Below the pieces are notes generated by a model. That model saw nothing but the letters and a program-made list of their open reading frames with translations, did no database searches and was not told where the DNA came from. Made by a program: the position numbers and the translations under genes. 64,000 nt of DNA, taken from contig CBDCCK010000002.1 of assembly GCA_965214835.1 (NCBI GenBank), positions 288,001 to 352,000 on the forward strand, in the 5' to 3' direction. The DNA comes from Nitrosopumilaceae archaeon. Lineage in GTDB: Archaea; Thermoproteota; Nitrososphaeria; Nitrososphaerales; Nitrosopumilaceae. Shown here piece by piece: positions 28,205 to 38,218 of this stretch; the first letter of the stretch is position 1; every line of letters begins with the position of its first letter.

Positions 28205-29808
28205 GACGGATGTGGGCCGGCCCCGACGATGTAGGGATCAACGTTTTCAAATTTCTTAAAGTTCTCGCTGAACATGTGGGCAAGCTTTTTTGCAGACAGA
28301 TCATAGGAGTCCTTTTCCTGCCAAGTGTTCTTTGGGTCAAGGATTTCCGATGGCACGCCGGGGCACTGGGTCGGAATGTCAAGGTTGAACAGGTCGTTGT
28401 GATCATACTTTACAATGTCAAGTGCCCCTGTAAGGGCCGCGGTGACCATCGCCCTGCTGTATTGCAGCTTTACGCGCTTGCCGACGCCGTACGGGCCGCC
28501 TGACCAGCCGGTGTTGATGAGATATACCACGGTATTGTGCTCCTTGATCTTTTCTCCCAGCAGCCTGGCATAAACCGAGGCGGGCCTTGGCATGAACGGG
28601 GCCCCAAAGCACTCGGAGAATACCGCCTTTGGCTCCTTGATTCCACGCTCTGTTCCCGCCAGCTTGCTGGTATATCCGGACATAAAGTGGAACATGGCGC
28701 CCTCCCTAGTCAGCCGGGAGATCGGGGGAAGGACGCCTAGCGCGTCTGCGGTCAGAAACACCATTACCCTCGGGTGTCCTCCCATGCTCGGAAACACCGC
28801 CCCCGGAATATAGTCAAGCGGGTATGCGGCCCTGGTGTTCTCGGTCAGGCTGCCATCATCAAAGTCGGGCCTCAGGCTTTCCTTGTTGATTACGACGTTT
28901 TCAAGTACGGCGCCGGACTTTATCGCGTTCCAAATCTGCGGCTCTGACTCCTCGGTAAGATTGATGCACTTGGCATAGCATCCGCCCTCAAAGTTGAAGA
29001 TGCCGTTATCTGACCAGCCATGCTCGTCATCGCCGATTAGTTTCCTGTTTTCGTCTGCAGACAGGGTGGTTTTGCCTGTGCCGGACAGTCCAAAGAACAG
29101 CGCGGTATCGCCGCTTTGGCCGATGTTTGCAGAGCAGTGCATCGGGAAGATTCCCCGGGAGGGCAGCAAAAAGTTCATGACGCTAAACATCGACTTTTTC
29201 ATCTCCCCCGCATACCTTGTCCCCCCGATGAGGACCAGCCTTCTGGTCAGGTCAATCAGGATGAAGGCATTAGAGCCGGTTCCATCGACCTCTGGGATTG
29301 ATTCAAAGTCGTTTATGCACAGTACGGTGAATTCGGGCTCATGGCCACCAAGCTCCTCTGCGGTGGGCCGGATGAACAGCTGCCTTGCAAAGAGGCTCTG
29401 CCACGAGTGATCGTTGATCACCCTGATTGCCAGCCTGCTGTCCCTGTCGGCACCCACGAATCCGTCAAAGACGTACAGCTCCTTGCCCTCGACGAATTTC
29501 TTCATCTTTTCAAGTATCTGCTCGAACTTGTCGGATGGAAACTGGTGGTTGATCTTCCCCCAGTCGACGGTCTGGTGGGTGGTATCGTCATATACTATGT
29601 ACCTGTCATCCGGCGAGCGGCCGGTAAACTTGCCGGTCCTGACAGACAACGAGCCGGTGGCAGTCACAATGCCGTCGTTTTGCTTCACAGACGAATCGAC
29701 TAGCTCCTCGGGGGGGAGGTTCCTGTGTACCTTGGAGGGCCTTATGCCAAAGTCGTTAATCTGTGCGATAAACTTGCTTGTAATGGACGGACTTGCGCTG
29801 TCACTCAT
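28201..29808 (-). CDS. pckA: Phosphoenolpyruvate carboxykinase (ATP)
   Basis: GLSGTGKTTLS, LIGDDEHGW, NFEGGCYAK. Confidence 0.97.
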   Translation of the reverse strand: MSDSASPSITSKFIAQINDFGIRPSKVHRNLPPEELVDSSVKQNDGIVTATGSLSVRTGKFTGRSPDDRYIVYDDTTHQTVDWGKINHQFPSDKFEQILEKMKKFVEGKELYVFDGFVGADRDSRLAIRVINDHSWQSLFARQLFIRPTAEELGGHEPEFTVLCINDFESIPEVDGTGSNAFILIDLTRRLVLIGGTRYAGEMKKSMFSVMNFLLPSRGIFPMHCSANIGQSGDTALFFGLSGTGKTTLSADENRKLIGDDEHGWSDNGIFNFEGGCYAKCINLTEESEPQIWNAIKSGAVLENVVINKESLRPDFDDGSLTENTRAAYPLDYIPGAVFPSMGGHPRVMVFLTADALGVLPPISRLTREGAMFHFMSGYTSKLAGTERGIKEPKAVFSECFGAPFMPRPASVYARLLGEKIKEHNTVVYLINTGWSGGPYGVGKRVKLQYSRAMVTAALTGALDIVKYDHNDLFNLDIPTQCPGVPSEILDPKNTWQEKDSYDLSAKKLAHMFSENFKKFENVDPYIVGAGPHPS

Positions 29809-29906
29809 TAAAACTCCCCCAATCGATCATTGAAAATCCGGAACCGGTCATTGGATAAATCGATCCGCCCCAAATTTCCTTATTATCTCTTTCTTCCCCC
29901 CGGAAC

Positions 29907-29994
29907 GCAAGAGCTTACCCTCCCCTGAGAACGGCGGGCAGGCGTGATCATGAAGGCTCTGGCCAGCAGTGTCACCTGAAGGGTAAGCTCTTAC
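29907..29994. mobile_element. MITE family B copy 2 (empty)
   Basis: GCAAGAGCTTACCCT ... AGGGTAAGCTCTTAC; interior GGCAGGCGTGATCATG..CCAGCAGTGTC shared with other copies. Confidence 0.88.
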
Positions 29995-30018
29995 GCCTCC
30001 TCAAGTAGGGGAGTTATA

Positions 30019-30550
30019 TTGGTACAAAACCGAGAATAGGATACAAACTTGTAAAGTCACTTTTTGGCAAGTATGAAGAAATTCCAGAAGAGTGGGAGAT
30101 TGCACGAACTTCGGACATACTAAAAGTAACAATGGGACAGTCTCCACCATCCGAAAGTTACAATGAAGAAAAGAGAGGTTTGCCATTTTATCAGGGAGTG
30201 ACTGATTTTGGAGCAACATATCCAAATCCTACGGTATGGTGTACAGATCCCAAAAAAATCGCAGAAAGCGACTCTATTTTGTTTTCTGTAAGAGCTCCAG
30301 TAGGGAAAACAAATCTCACAAAAATGGAGTGCTGTATAGGAAGGGGTATAGCATCGTTTAACACGATAAAAAACAGCTTGCTTTACTGTTTTTATTTGAT
30401 CAGTCAAAACAAGAAAAATTTTTCTGTTTATGCTCAAGGGACTACACATGATGCAATAAACAGAGAAGATGTTGAAAAAACAAAATTGCCACTTACTGGT
30501 AGCATAAAAGAACAACAAAGAATTGCGTCAATCCTGTCTGGAGTTGGTGC
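30019..30550 (+). pseudogene. hsdS: Type I R-M specificity subunit (HsdS) half-gene remnant
   Basis: 'EIPEEW', 'MGQSPPS', 'SVRAPVG', 'IGRG', 'EQQRIASIL'; single TRD, start out of frame, no hsdM/hsdR nearby. Confidence 0.8.
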
Positions 30551-30636
30551 ACCAGACCGCGCATGCCTCATAATCGCCACAATCTTACGCATGAGACTGG
30601 CAATACTCTTAATACTTTTTGCAGCTGTGCTAAATC

Positions 30637-30858
30637 ATGAGTTCCACAATACAAAAAAGAACCTATACAATCGTCATAACTCCGGATGAAGTAGACGGGG
30701 GCCTTGTCGGGGTCTGCGACGAGCTAAACGCCTTTTCGCAGGGTGAGACGTACGGGGAGATTATGGAGAATATGAAGGAGGCAGTAGAGCTTGCGGCAGA
30801 AGAAAGCGGCAATACTGGTGATTTTAACATGCTGATCGTTCAGAAGCGTAATGACTAA
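30637..30858 (+). CDS. hicB: HicB-family antitoxin (short)
   Basis: 'SQGETYGEIMENMKEAVEL' HicB motif. Confidence 0.85.
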   Translation: MSSTIQKRTYTIVITPDEVDGGLVGVCDELNAFSQGETYGEIMENMKEAVELAAEESGNTGDFNMLIVQKRND

Positions 30859-30965
30859 GATTCCGAGAATTTCCGGCAATGCAATGATAAGATACCTGAT
30901 CAGGAAAGAATTCACAATAACAAACAGAAAAGGCAGTCACGTTACATTAAGACGTGATCATGTCC
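30851..30965 (+). pseudogene. hicA: HicA toxin, 3'-truncated
   Basis: MTKIPRISGNAMIRYL..KEF....KGSHVTL; overlaps hicB stop. Confidence 0.75.
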
Positions 30966-31039
30966 CGGTAACGGATCACGGTCAAAATATAGAGAATAAA
31001 ATAGCTATTTTATGAAACAGCTGCACAAAAACGTGAATT

Positions 31040-31146
31040 TGACTGCTTTTTCTGTGTGCTCATGTACATATGCATGGCTTCCCTGGTCTTAGATCTTTGG
31101 ATCAAAAATAGCTGTCAAAACAATCCGTTTTCTTATGTGTTGACTA
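31040..31146 (-). mobile_element. IS630 left-end fragment
   Basis: Near-identical to 10551-10653 (TTTTTCTGTGTGC.CATGTACATATG..GATCTTTGGATCAAAAATAG..TTATGTGTTGACTA). Confidence 0.85.
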
Positions 31147-31173
31147 TGCCCGAGCCAGACTCATCGGGGACGT

Positions 31174-31382
31174 CTATTTTACGAGTCCGTTGCTGTGATC
31201 CCTGGTGAACCCGTCTCTGTCGATCCCCATGTCTTTTAACACCCCCATAAGCATTCCAACCTTTAGTGGGCCGTTTCCTGCAGTAATGGTTGTGAACATG
31301 CTCTCTTTTCGTAATCTTACATGGCTCCCCCTCTGCCTTAACACGACAAACCCTTTCTTGGTGGCATTCTTATCATTGCATC
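31174..31382 (-). pseudogene. hicA: Second HicA toxin remnant, 5' end lost to IS insertion
   Basis: KKGFVVLRQRGSHVRLRKESMFTTI..GNGPLKVGMLMGVLKDMGI; not in ORF track. Confidence 0.75.
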
Positions 31383-31830
31383 AGGGTTGTCTCCTAATTC
31401 ACTCATGTTGCCTCCACCGGTATCCCGAGACTTGCGGCGCATTCGAACCTGTTTAGCGCCTCGAGGCTCCATCCTATGGCCTTGCACAGGCCGAACCCTC
31501 TGCGGGTTGATGCCTTTCTGAACCGGCACATCAACCTGTGGTTCTCCGTCTCTGCGCCAAAGATTCCCCCTATCATCCCGCGCGTCTTGCATGATGTGCG
31601 GTCAAACGTCTTGACAGCCTCCTTTCTGTGCTTCATTTTGGTGCGGACGGCATTGCCTCTCAGCTTGATGTCTGGCTTCATTCCGTATTCCTTGATGAGC
31701 CTTACGTTCTCGTCTGAATCGCATCCCCTGTCTGCATTAAAGATGCATCCGGAGAACCCGAGTCCGATCTTGCCAATCTTCGGCAAGAGTGATTCCTAGG
31801 ACGGCAGTGTATGTCATCCTGTCAAGTAAT
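31383..31830 (-). mobile_element. IS5/IS4-like DDE transposase 3' remnant with right TIR
   Basis: 'NADRGCDSDEN', degenerate 'R.MI.GIFGA'; TIR AGGGTTGTCTCCTAATTC at 31383. Confidence 0.7.
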
Positions 31831-32093
31831 CCGGCATGCCAGAATTACCCACAGATCCCAGCACGGATGCCAGATGTCAGGCGGATCCGGCAGGAGGCAA
31901 GACCGGATCCCCGCAGATCCGCTTGCATCCCCAACTACGGCACCCAAGGAGACATGTAGAAAAGCCAGGCAGATCCAGGAGCCGGGGGCAGAAAGTATGT
32001 CTCAAACTACGCCCCAGTGGCGGGATAAAAACGGCAACCCCTGCCACTTTGCCGAGGACAACCTATTTATTCCAAATTTCAAGACTCATCTGC

Positions 32094-32498
32094 ATGCCGA
32101 TCAACAAGGATATACTGGAGAAAAGACAGGAGGTGGCCTCTTCTAGACCCGACTTTAGGAGGCAGGAGAGCTGGAGGTATGTCAGGCTGCAGTCCGCGTG
32201 GAGAAAGCCAAAGGGAAAGGACAACCACCAGAGAAAGCAGCTAAGCAGGGGCCGCCCGGGCCTGGTCAAGGTAGGATATGGTGGGCCAAGGATTGCGAGG
32301 GGCCTGCACCCGTCAGGATTTACGGATAATCTGGTTCACACGACGAGTGACCTGCAAGGACTGGATCCAAAAAAGGACGGGGTCAGACTGGGTCACGGTG
32401 TCGGGGTCAAGAAAAGAAAGGAAATCCTCTCAAAGGCAGTCGAGATGAGGTTCAAGGTGTTCAACGCAAGGGTGTCTGCAGGTGCCGATAAATCTTAG
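32094..32498 (+). CDS. rpl32e: 50S ribosomal protein L32e
   Basis: 'RPDFRRQESWRY..WRKPKG', 'GYG...ARGLHPSG'. Confidence 0.95.
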   Translation: MPINKDILEKRQEVASSRPDFRRQESWRYVRLQSAWRKPKGKDNHQRKQLSRGRPGLVKVGYGGPRIARGLHPSGFTDNLVHTTSDLQGLDPKKDGVRLGHGVGVKKRKEILSKAVEMRFKVFNARVSAGADKS

Positions 32499-32937
32499 GG
32501 CAAAGAAAAGGCTCGTGTCAAGGGTCACTGGCGTGGGAGTGCACAGGATAAGGTTCGACTCTGATCACCTAGACGACATTGCAGACGCAATCACAAGGCA
32601 GAACATCAGGAGTCTGATTACCGCAAACACGATCTCGTTCAAGCCAGTCAGGGGAACCTCTAGGGGAAGGGCGCAGCACAAAAAGGAGCAGCGCGCCAAG
32701 AGGGGAACCAAGCAGGGCTCCAAGCACGGGAGGAAGGGCGCGCGTGTCGGAAAGAAAAGTGTCTACGTTGCAAAGGTTCGTTCACTGAGGTACGTCCTCA
32801 AGGTGGCAAAGGACAGAGAAGAGGTTACCAACGAGGAGTTCTGGACGCTCTACAAGAAGGTGGGCGGAAACACGGTAAGAAACAAGGCGCACCTAAGGAC
32901 CCTGATAGAGGAGGCCAAGGCAGGCAGAAGTGCCTAG
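32482..32937 (+). CDS. rpl19e: 50S ribosomal protein L19e
   Basis: 'ADAITRQNIRSLI', 'GTSRGR', 'GSKHGRKGAR'. Confidence 0.95.
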   Translation: MPINLRAKKRLVSRVTGVGVHRIRFDSDHLDDIADAITRQNIRSLITANTISFKPVRGTSRGRAQHKKEQRAKRGTKQGSKHGRKGARVGKKSVYVAKVRSLRYVLKVAKDREEVTNEEFWTLYKKVGGNTVRNKAHLRTLIEEAKAGRSA

Positions 32938-32962
32938 ACCCGGCACCTGATCTTTTCAAAAC

Positions 32963-33043
32963 AAGCTTGTTGCACAACCGTATGCCTTAACGCGTAAAAA
33001 CGACTGAGATTTTGTGCATAAAATCAGGGTTATGCGACAGGTT
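32963..33043. mobile_element. MITE family E
   Basis: Imperfect TIR AAGCTTGTTGCACAACC/GGTTATGCGACAGGTT; homologous to 25783-25863. Confidence 0.6.
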
Positions 33044-33096
33044 ACTCAAAACCATCCAGTGATTAGTTACTTCCGGCCGGATTCAGTTTCCTAAAA

Positions 33097-33465
33097 CTAG
33101 AACCTGTACCTGATCTTTTCAAAGTTCTCAAGCCTGCCCCCGGTCACCTTCAGGCCCTCCCTTGAGAGCATGTTCCCCTTGATGTCGGGGCCGTACGCAT
33201 AGCCCCCAAGCTGCCCGTCGGACTTGACGACCCGGTGGCAGGGCACGATTGAGGGATGGGGGTTTTTGTTCATGATCCCTCCTATTGCGCGCTGCCCGCC
33301 CTCCAAGCCGACGGCCCTTGCCAGATCACCGTAGGTCGTGACGTACCCGGGGGGAACCTCCAAGAGTTTTTTGTATACGAGACTGCTCAGAGTCTTATTA
33401 CCTCTAGGTCTGTCTTGGATACCAGATCCATTACCTTTTGCTTGTGTTGTCCCAGTCCCGCCCAA
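33097..33465 (-). CDS. ogt: O6-methylguanine-DNA methyltransferase (MGMT/Ogt); true start probably near 33400
   Basis: 'VPPGYVTTYGDLA', 'RAIG', active-site PCHRVV. Confidence 0.9.
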   Translation of the reverse strand: MGGTGTTQAKGNGSGIQDRPRGNKTLSSLVYKKLLEVPPGYVTTYGDLARAVGLEGGQRAIGGIMNKNPHPSIVPCHRVVKSDGQLGGYAYGPDIKGNMLSREGLKVTGGRLENFEKIRYRF

Positions 33466-34163
33466 TCCAGTATAACGGCAGTCGCGCCGGTATTTCTTTG
33501 TATCACATGATCAAACAGCTCCTGATCGAGGAACTCTAGCGCGTGTCTTGGAATGACCGTGCCCAGGCCCAGCCTTCCATGCAAGAGCTCCCGGGTAAAC
33601 TTTTCAGAATAGTGGGTTCCGCCAAGGCAGATGGCATACGGGGTCTGGGGCCGCGGGGACTTTACGGCCTCAAGGACGATCTCTGCTACGGATGTGCAAA
33701 GCTCCCTGTCGCTCCACTGCTCCGGGGTGGTTCCCACCTCGATGAACAGGCAGGGCCTGTCCAGGGCGCTCGGCCCGTGATGGGTCGCCTCAATTGTAAT
33801 GTCAAACCCCGGAAACCGGCCCTTGCTTTCAAACAGTCTTTGCAGGTACTGCTTTTGAAGCGAGGGGTACGGAATGGCAACCTGCCTGTCACGCCCGCCA
33901 AACCTTGCCTCAGAAAAGTTTCCGGTGCTATGGCACGTCAGGGCCAGGACCCCCGACTCTGCCGCATGCTTTGAGAGAAACACGAACGAGTCATGGTCAT
34001 ACGTGTCCCCAAGCCAGTCAGCGGAAATTGCAGGGGTGGCAATGACCAGCAGGTCAAAGTAGTCCCCGCGGAAGACATCGCCGTCTTTTCTCATCCCACG
34101 GGACAGGAATTCTGCCATGTTGTTCCCGGCAGGATCGTCCCTGTACGCAACGAGCAAGTCCAT
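33387..34163 (-). CDS. dtdA: D-aminoacyl-tRNA deacylase (DTD2)
   Basis: 'FLSKH', 'EATHHGPS', 'FIEVG', 'GGTHY'. Confidence 0.92.
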   Translation of the reverse strand: MDLLVAYRDDPAGNNMAEFLSRGMRKDGDVFRGDYFDLLVIATPAISADWLGDTYDHDSFVFLSKHAAESGVLALTCHSTGNFSEARFGGRDRQVAIPYPSLQKQYLQRLFESKGRFPGFDITIEATHHGPSALDRPCLFIEVGTTPEQWSDRELCTSVAEIVLEAVKSPRPQTPYAICLGGTHYSEKFTRELLHGRLGLGTVIPRHALEFLDQELFDHVIQRNTGATAVILDWAGLGQHKQKVMDLVSKTDLEVIRL

Positions 34164-34203
34164 GAGATAAAAGATATAAGGACACCATATTAAACGTCCA
34201 GCA

Positions 34204-34377
34204 ATGAATCCAAGGCAGACCCTCAAAAACATGGCAAACACCATGAAGATGGCAAGAAAGTCAGACAAGGAGGACTATATGCAGCATCTAAGGCTGGTAC
34301 TGCTGGGGATTGGAGCCGTCGGAACGATTGGGTTTATAATTCAGTTCGTGTTTGGTGTATTCACTTATCAGGGATAA
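34204..34377 (+). CDS. secE: SecE/Sec61 gamma (not in ORF track)
   Basis: MNPRQTLKNMANTMKMARKSDKEDY..LRLVLLGIGAVGTIGFIIQ; directly upstream of spt5. Confidence 0.9.
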   Translation: MNPRQTLKNMANTMKMARKSDKEDYMQHLRLVLLGIGAVGTIGFIIQFVFGVFTYQG

Positions 34378-34379
34378 AA

Positions 34380-34838
34380 TTGTCAGAAGAAATAAAGTCT
34401 CACCTCTTTGCAATCAGGACTACCGGAGGCCAGGAAAAGATGGTGATGAACCTGCTGGAGGCAAAGGCAAAGATGAACAAGATTGACATCCAGTCCGTCC
34501 TGCTCGTGGATAACCTAAAGGGCTATGTCGTAGTCGAGGCGCTGAGTCCCAGCTCCGCATTCATGGCAATAGAGGGGATCAGGCACATCAGGGGACAGCT
34601 GAGGGGGGAGCTGAAATTCAAGGATATTGAGGGTTATCTGGTCAAAAAGTCAACTGTCACGCAGCTTGGCGTGGACAACGTCGTGGAGATCACCGGAGGC
34701 CCCTTCAAGGGCATGAAAGCGACCATCACGAGAATTGATCACGAAAAAGAGGAGGCAACCGTCGTGCTGCTAGATGCGGCATACCAGCTGCCGGTGACGG
34801 TGGATGCAAACTACCTAAAGCTCTCAAGCGGGTCGTAG
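34380..34838 (+). CDS. spt5: Transcription elongation factor Spt5
   Basis: NGN 'RTTGGQE..LKGYV.VEA' plus KOW 'GPFKG'. Confidence 0.95.
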   Translation: MSEEIKSHLFAIRTTGGQEKMVMNLLEAKAKMNKIDIQSVLLVDNLKGYVVVEALSPSSAFMAIEGIRHIRGQLRGELKFKDIEGYLVKKSTVTQLGVDNVVEITGGPFKGMKATITRIDHEKEEATVVLLDAAYQLPVTVDANYLKLSSGS

Positions 34839-34873
34839 CAACGATTAAATTTTTCATGGAGTCTTGATGAATT

Positions 34874-35356
34874 ATGGGCGAACCGCAGAAAATCTCATCG
34901 CTGGTAACCGGGGGCCAGGCATCGGCAGGCCCGCCGCTGGGCCCTGCAATGGGCCCGCTGGGGGTAAACATCATGGAGGTCATCGGCGCCATCAACGAAA
35001 AGACCAAGGACTTTGAGGGAATGAAGGTCCCCGTAACGGTATCGGTGGATCCCGATACCAAGGCATACGAGATCGAGATCGGCATCCCCTCGGCGGCCGC
35101 GCTACTGATGAAGGAGGCCGGAATCCAAAAGGGCTCGGGTGCGCCCGGTACGGATTACGTCGGGGATGTGACCATGGACTCGGTTCTCAAGGTGGCCGGC
35201 ACAAAGCTGGAGGCCTCCTACGCCTCCTCGCTAAAGCAGGTGGCCAAGACCATAGTCGGGACGTGCGTCCCACTGGGGCTGAAAATCGAGGGCAAGACGC
35301 CAAGGGAGATTACAGCCGAGATCAACGAGGGCAAGTGGGACGAAAAGCTCCAATAG
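34874..35356 (+). CDS. rpl11: 50S ribosomal protein L11
   Basis: 'GGQASAGPPLGPAMGPLG', 'FEGMKVPV'. Confidence 0.96.
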   Translation: MGEPQKISSLVTGGQASAGPPLGPAMGPLGVNIMEVIGAINEKTKDFEGMKVPVTVSVDPDTKAYEIEIGIPSAAALLMKEAGIQKGSGAPGTDYVGDVTMDSVLKVAGTKLEASYASSLKQVAKTIVGTCVPLGLKIEGKTPREITAEINEGKWDEKLQ

Positions 35357-35465
35357 GCAACATCCCGGGCTCGAAGTTTAGACGTGGATTTTGCCGCCAA
35401 GGCAGCCTTTGCAGGTGTAATTCGTGCCCAAAATCATAAATCACTTCCAAAGCCCGGGCTGCTAC
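35357..35465. mobile_element. MITE family A copy 2 with 8-bp TSD TCCAATAG
   Basis: Homologous to 10661-10771; TSD at 35349-35356 and 35466-35473 includes rpl11 stop. Confidence 0.88.
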
Positions 35466-35478
35466 TCCAATAGCCCCC

Positions 35479-35937
35479 CTATTTCCTGACCAGATACACG
35501 GGATCCTTGTCGGTCTTTTGCAGCTCCACGAAGGTCTCCGTGTTCTGAATGCCCTCGATCTTGCCTATCTTTTCGATGACTACAGAGTGCAGCTCCTCAA
35601 GGTTCTCGGCATAGACCTGGATCATTATGTCAAAGCGGCCTGTGACCTCGGATATGGAGGCGACCTCGTGGGTATCCATGAGCCTCTTGTGTATGGCATC
35701 CTTGAGCTTGGGATCGCGGTTGATGCCCACGGCCGCCTTTACGCCAATTCCCAACAGTGAGTCGTCAATCACGATGGTGAACTTTTTGATCAGCCTCTTT
35801 TTTACCAGCCGCTTGATCCTGCTGTAAAGAACCGACGCGTTGATTCCGAGTTTTTTTGAAAGGGCGGGCACGGAGACGGAGCCGTCCTTGGTCAGCTCAA
35901 ACAACAGTTTCATATCCAGCTCGTCAAATCTATGCAA
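35479..35937 (-). CDS. Lrp/AsnC-family regulator
   Basis: 'DELDMKLL.EL..DG', 'VTGRFD'. Confidence 0.92.
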   Translation of the reverse strand: MHRFDELDMKLLFELTKDGSVSVPALSKKLGINASVLYSRIKRLVKKRLIKKFTIVIDDSLLGIGVKAAVGINRDPKLKDAIHKRLMDTHEVASISEVTGRFDIMIQVYAENLEELHSVVIEKIGKIEGIQNTETFVELQKTDKDPVYLVRK

Positions 35938-36105
35938 GTGTTTCGAGAATGTCAGACTCGAACTAATAAATGTAAGTTTTTTTAATTTTATTTCGGCTTC
36001 ATTATAAAATTTGGCAGAAAACCTGAAAAACTTGTAATTTGAACATGATTTGAGGGCGGCGATCTCTAAACGATTTTAAGTAGGCGGCAGGGAAAACCAC
36101 TCGTA

Positions 36106-36759
36106 ATGGTTACTGAGACTGAGCTGGCCGAGATGGCAGGGGAGGCAAAGGCGGGCCGAAAGGATCGCAAGTTTACAGAGTCCCTGGAGCTCATCATGGT
36201 CTTCAAGGACATCGATGTGAAAAAGGGCTTTGCAATCAATGAGACGGTTCAGCTTCCCAAAGCAGGCTCGCCGGCCTCGGTCTGCGTCATGGCAACGGGG
36301 GACATGGGAGCAAAGGCAAAGGTTGCAAACGCCGACAGGGTCATCGATGCAGACGAGCTGGAACGGCTGAGTGCAAACAAAAGGGAATCTAGGAAGATAA
36401 TCAACAAGTATGACTTTTTTCTGGCAGACACGCAGATCATGCCGACTGTCGGCAAGGCGCTGGGTCAGCTGCTAGGTCCGAGGGGCAAGATGCCGACCCC
36501 GGTGCCGTTTAATGCTCCAATCGAGTCGTTTCTGCAGAGGTTCAGATCATCGATCAAGGTAAGGGTGAGGGGCTCGCTCTCAATGTCATGCAAGATTGGG
36601 ACAAAGTCCATGGAGGACTCGGAGCTGGCCGCAAATGCAAACACAGTCATCAACATGGTAAAGACCAAGCTCCCAAACGGGGAGAAAAACATCAAGAAAA
36701 TCATGGTAAAGACGACGATGGGCAGCATAGTCAGACAAAAGGCGGAGGCCAAGAAATAG
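36106..36759 (+). CDS. rpl1: 50S ribosomal protein L1
   Basis: 'LGPRGKMP', 'KTTMG'. Confidence 0.96.
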   Translation: MVTETELAEMAGEAKAGRKDRKFTESLELIMVFKDIDVKKGFAINETVQLPKAGSPASVCVMATGDMGAKAKVANADRVIDADELERLSANKRESRKIINKYDFFLADTQIMPTVGKALGQLLGPRGKMPTPVPFNAPIESFLQRFRSSIKVRVRGSLSMSCKIGTKSMEDSELAANANTVINMVKTKLPNGEKNIKKIMVKTTMGSIVRQKAEAKK

Positions 36760-36760
36760 A

Positions 36761-37627
36761 ATGTACGAGAACAGAACCTCCTATCCAAAGGCAAAATCCC
36801 AGATGTTTGCACAACTGCAGGAGATTCCAAGAAAGTACCGGGTCATGGCGCTTGTAAAGATGGACAAGGTCAGGGCATCGCAGATCCTTCCGCTCAGGAA
36901 AAAGCTAAAGGGGGAGGTAGAGTTCTTCAGCGTAAAAGACAGGGTGGCGCGAAAGGCACTTGAGATGCTGGATGTTCCCGGAATCAAAGAAATTGCAGGG
37001 CAGCTGACCGGCCAGTGCATGTTCTTGTTCACAAACATGTCGCCGTTCAGGCTCAACGTGCTTTTGGCAAAGAACTCAGTCATGATGGCGGCCAGGGCAG
37101 GCGACATTGCAAGCATTGATGTGGTGGTCCGGCCGGTAAACACCGGAGTCGCACCGGGGCCGATGCTTACCGAGTTCAAGGAGGCAGGAATCCCGACAAA
37201 GATTGATCAGGGAACAATCTGGATTACAAAGGAGACTGTTCCGGTAAAAAGGGGCGAGGCAGTCAGTGAAAAGCTCGCCCCACTCTTGGGAAAACTGGAC
37301 ATAAAGCCCGTGGAGGCAGGCATCGCGCTAGAATCGGCGCTAGAGGAGGGCACGATATACGCCAGAGACGAGATGGTAATCGATGTTGACGGATTCAGGG
37401 AGGATCTGGCAAGATCACACCAGGAGGCAGTCGCACTTACAGTCGAGATAGGATACGTCACTGCAGACAATATCAGGCAGATCCTCGGCAAGGCCGCGCA
37501 GTCTGCCAGATCGGTATCGGCAGAGTCAGGATACATAACCGACGAGACCCGGGAGCAGATCCTGCAAAAGGCAAGCGGACAGGCACAGGCCCTGGCAGCG
37601 GCGGCCAAGGGCTATGCCCCCACATAA
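36761..37627 (+). CDS. rpl10: 50S ribosomal protein L10 (P0)
   Basis: 'ARAGDIA..D..V...NTG..PGP', 'GIPTKI..G.I.I'. Confidence 0.95.
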   Translation: MYENRTSYPKAKSQMFAQLQEIPRKYRVMALVKMDKVRASQILPLRKKLKGEVEFFSVKDRVARKALEMLDVPGIKEIAGQLTGQCMFLFTNMSPFRLNVLLAKNSVMMAARAGDIASIDVVVRPVNTGVAPGPMLTEFKEAGIPTKIDQGTIWITKETVPVKRGEAVSEKLAPLLGKLDIKPVEAGIALESALEEGTIYARDEMVIDVDGFREDLARSHQEAVALTVEIGYVTADNIRQILGKAAQSARSVSAESGYITDETREQILQKASGQAQALAAAAKGYAPT

Positions 37628-37848
37628 GTCACCAAGTTCCTTTTACCCGGGGCAGGAGGCGCCTGTCACTCGGGTGCCCGCATCATGTCTCTGGTAAAAA
37701 TGCAAGTGATGCCATTCAGTTTGACGGATTCTCCACTAAAAACCGCCGTAAAAACTTCGAGATGCCCAAGAATGGGCGGTGCCGAAAAATCCATGGTGCC
37801 ACGCTCATCATACCTGCGATAAAGCTGGTCGTAAAGAAAAAATTTGAT

Positions 37849-38166
37849 CTATCCAAAGAGTGAGGACAGTCCTTCCATTGCGGCTTCTTCAGATTTGCCG
37901 TCGTCTTTCTTTTCCTCTTTCTTATCTTCTCCACCTGCCGCTGCGGCATCATCACCACCTGCGGCCGCTGCCGGGGCTGCTGCGACTGCCACAGGGGCCG
38001 CCTTTACGGCCTCGTCAATATTGACATCTGCCAGTGCAGCTACCAGTGCCTTTACTTGCGCGTCATTTACTTCGGCGCCAGATGCCTTTACAACTGAGGC
38101 AATGTTTTCCTCGCTAACATTCTTTTGTAGCTTGTGAAGCAGTAGTGCAGCGTAAACATATTCCAT
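37849..38166 (-). CDS. rpl12: 50S ribosomal protein L12 (P1/P2 type)
   Basis: [11 protein letters not shown]...Ala-rich hinge...GLSSLFG. Confidence 0.96.
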   Translation of the reverse strand: MEYVYAALLLHKLQKNVSEENIASVVKASGAEVNDAQVKALVAALADVNIDEAVKAAPVAVAAAPAAAAGGDDAAAAGGEDKKEEKKDDGKSEEAAMEGLSSLFG

Positions 38167-38218
38167 TGTATCCGGAATTCACGCTCAGGATAATATAAAA
38201 CTATGGCGAAAAGCCAGG

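Noticed and set aside
31836-32093. N-terminal extension of rpl32e
   Set aside because: Low-information sequence; L32e homology starts at ATG 32094 after an AT-rich promoter-like segment
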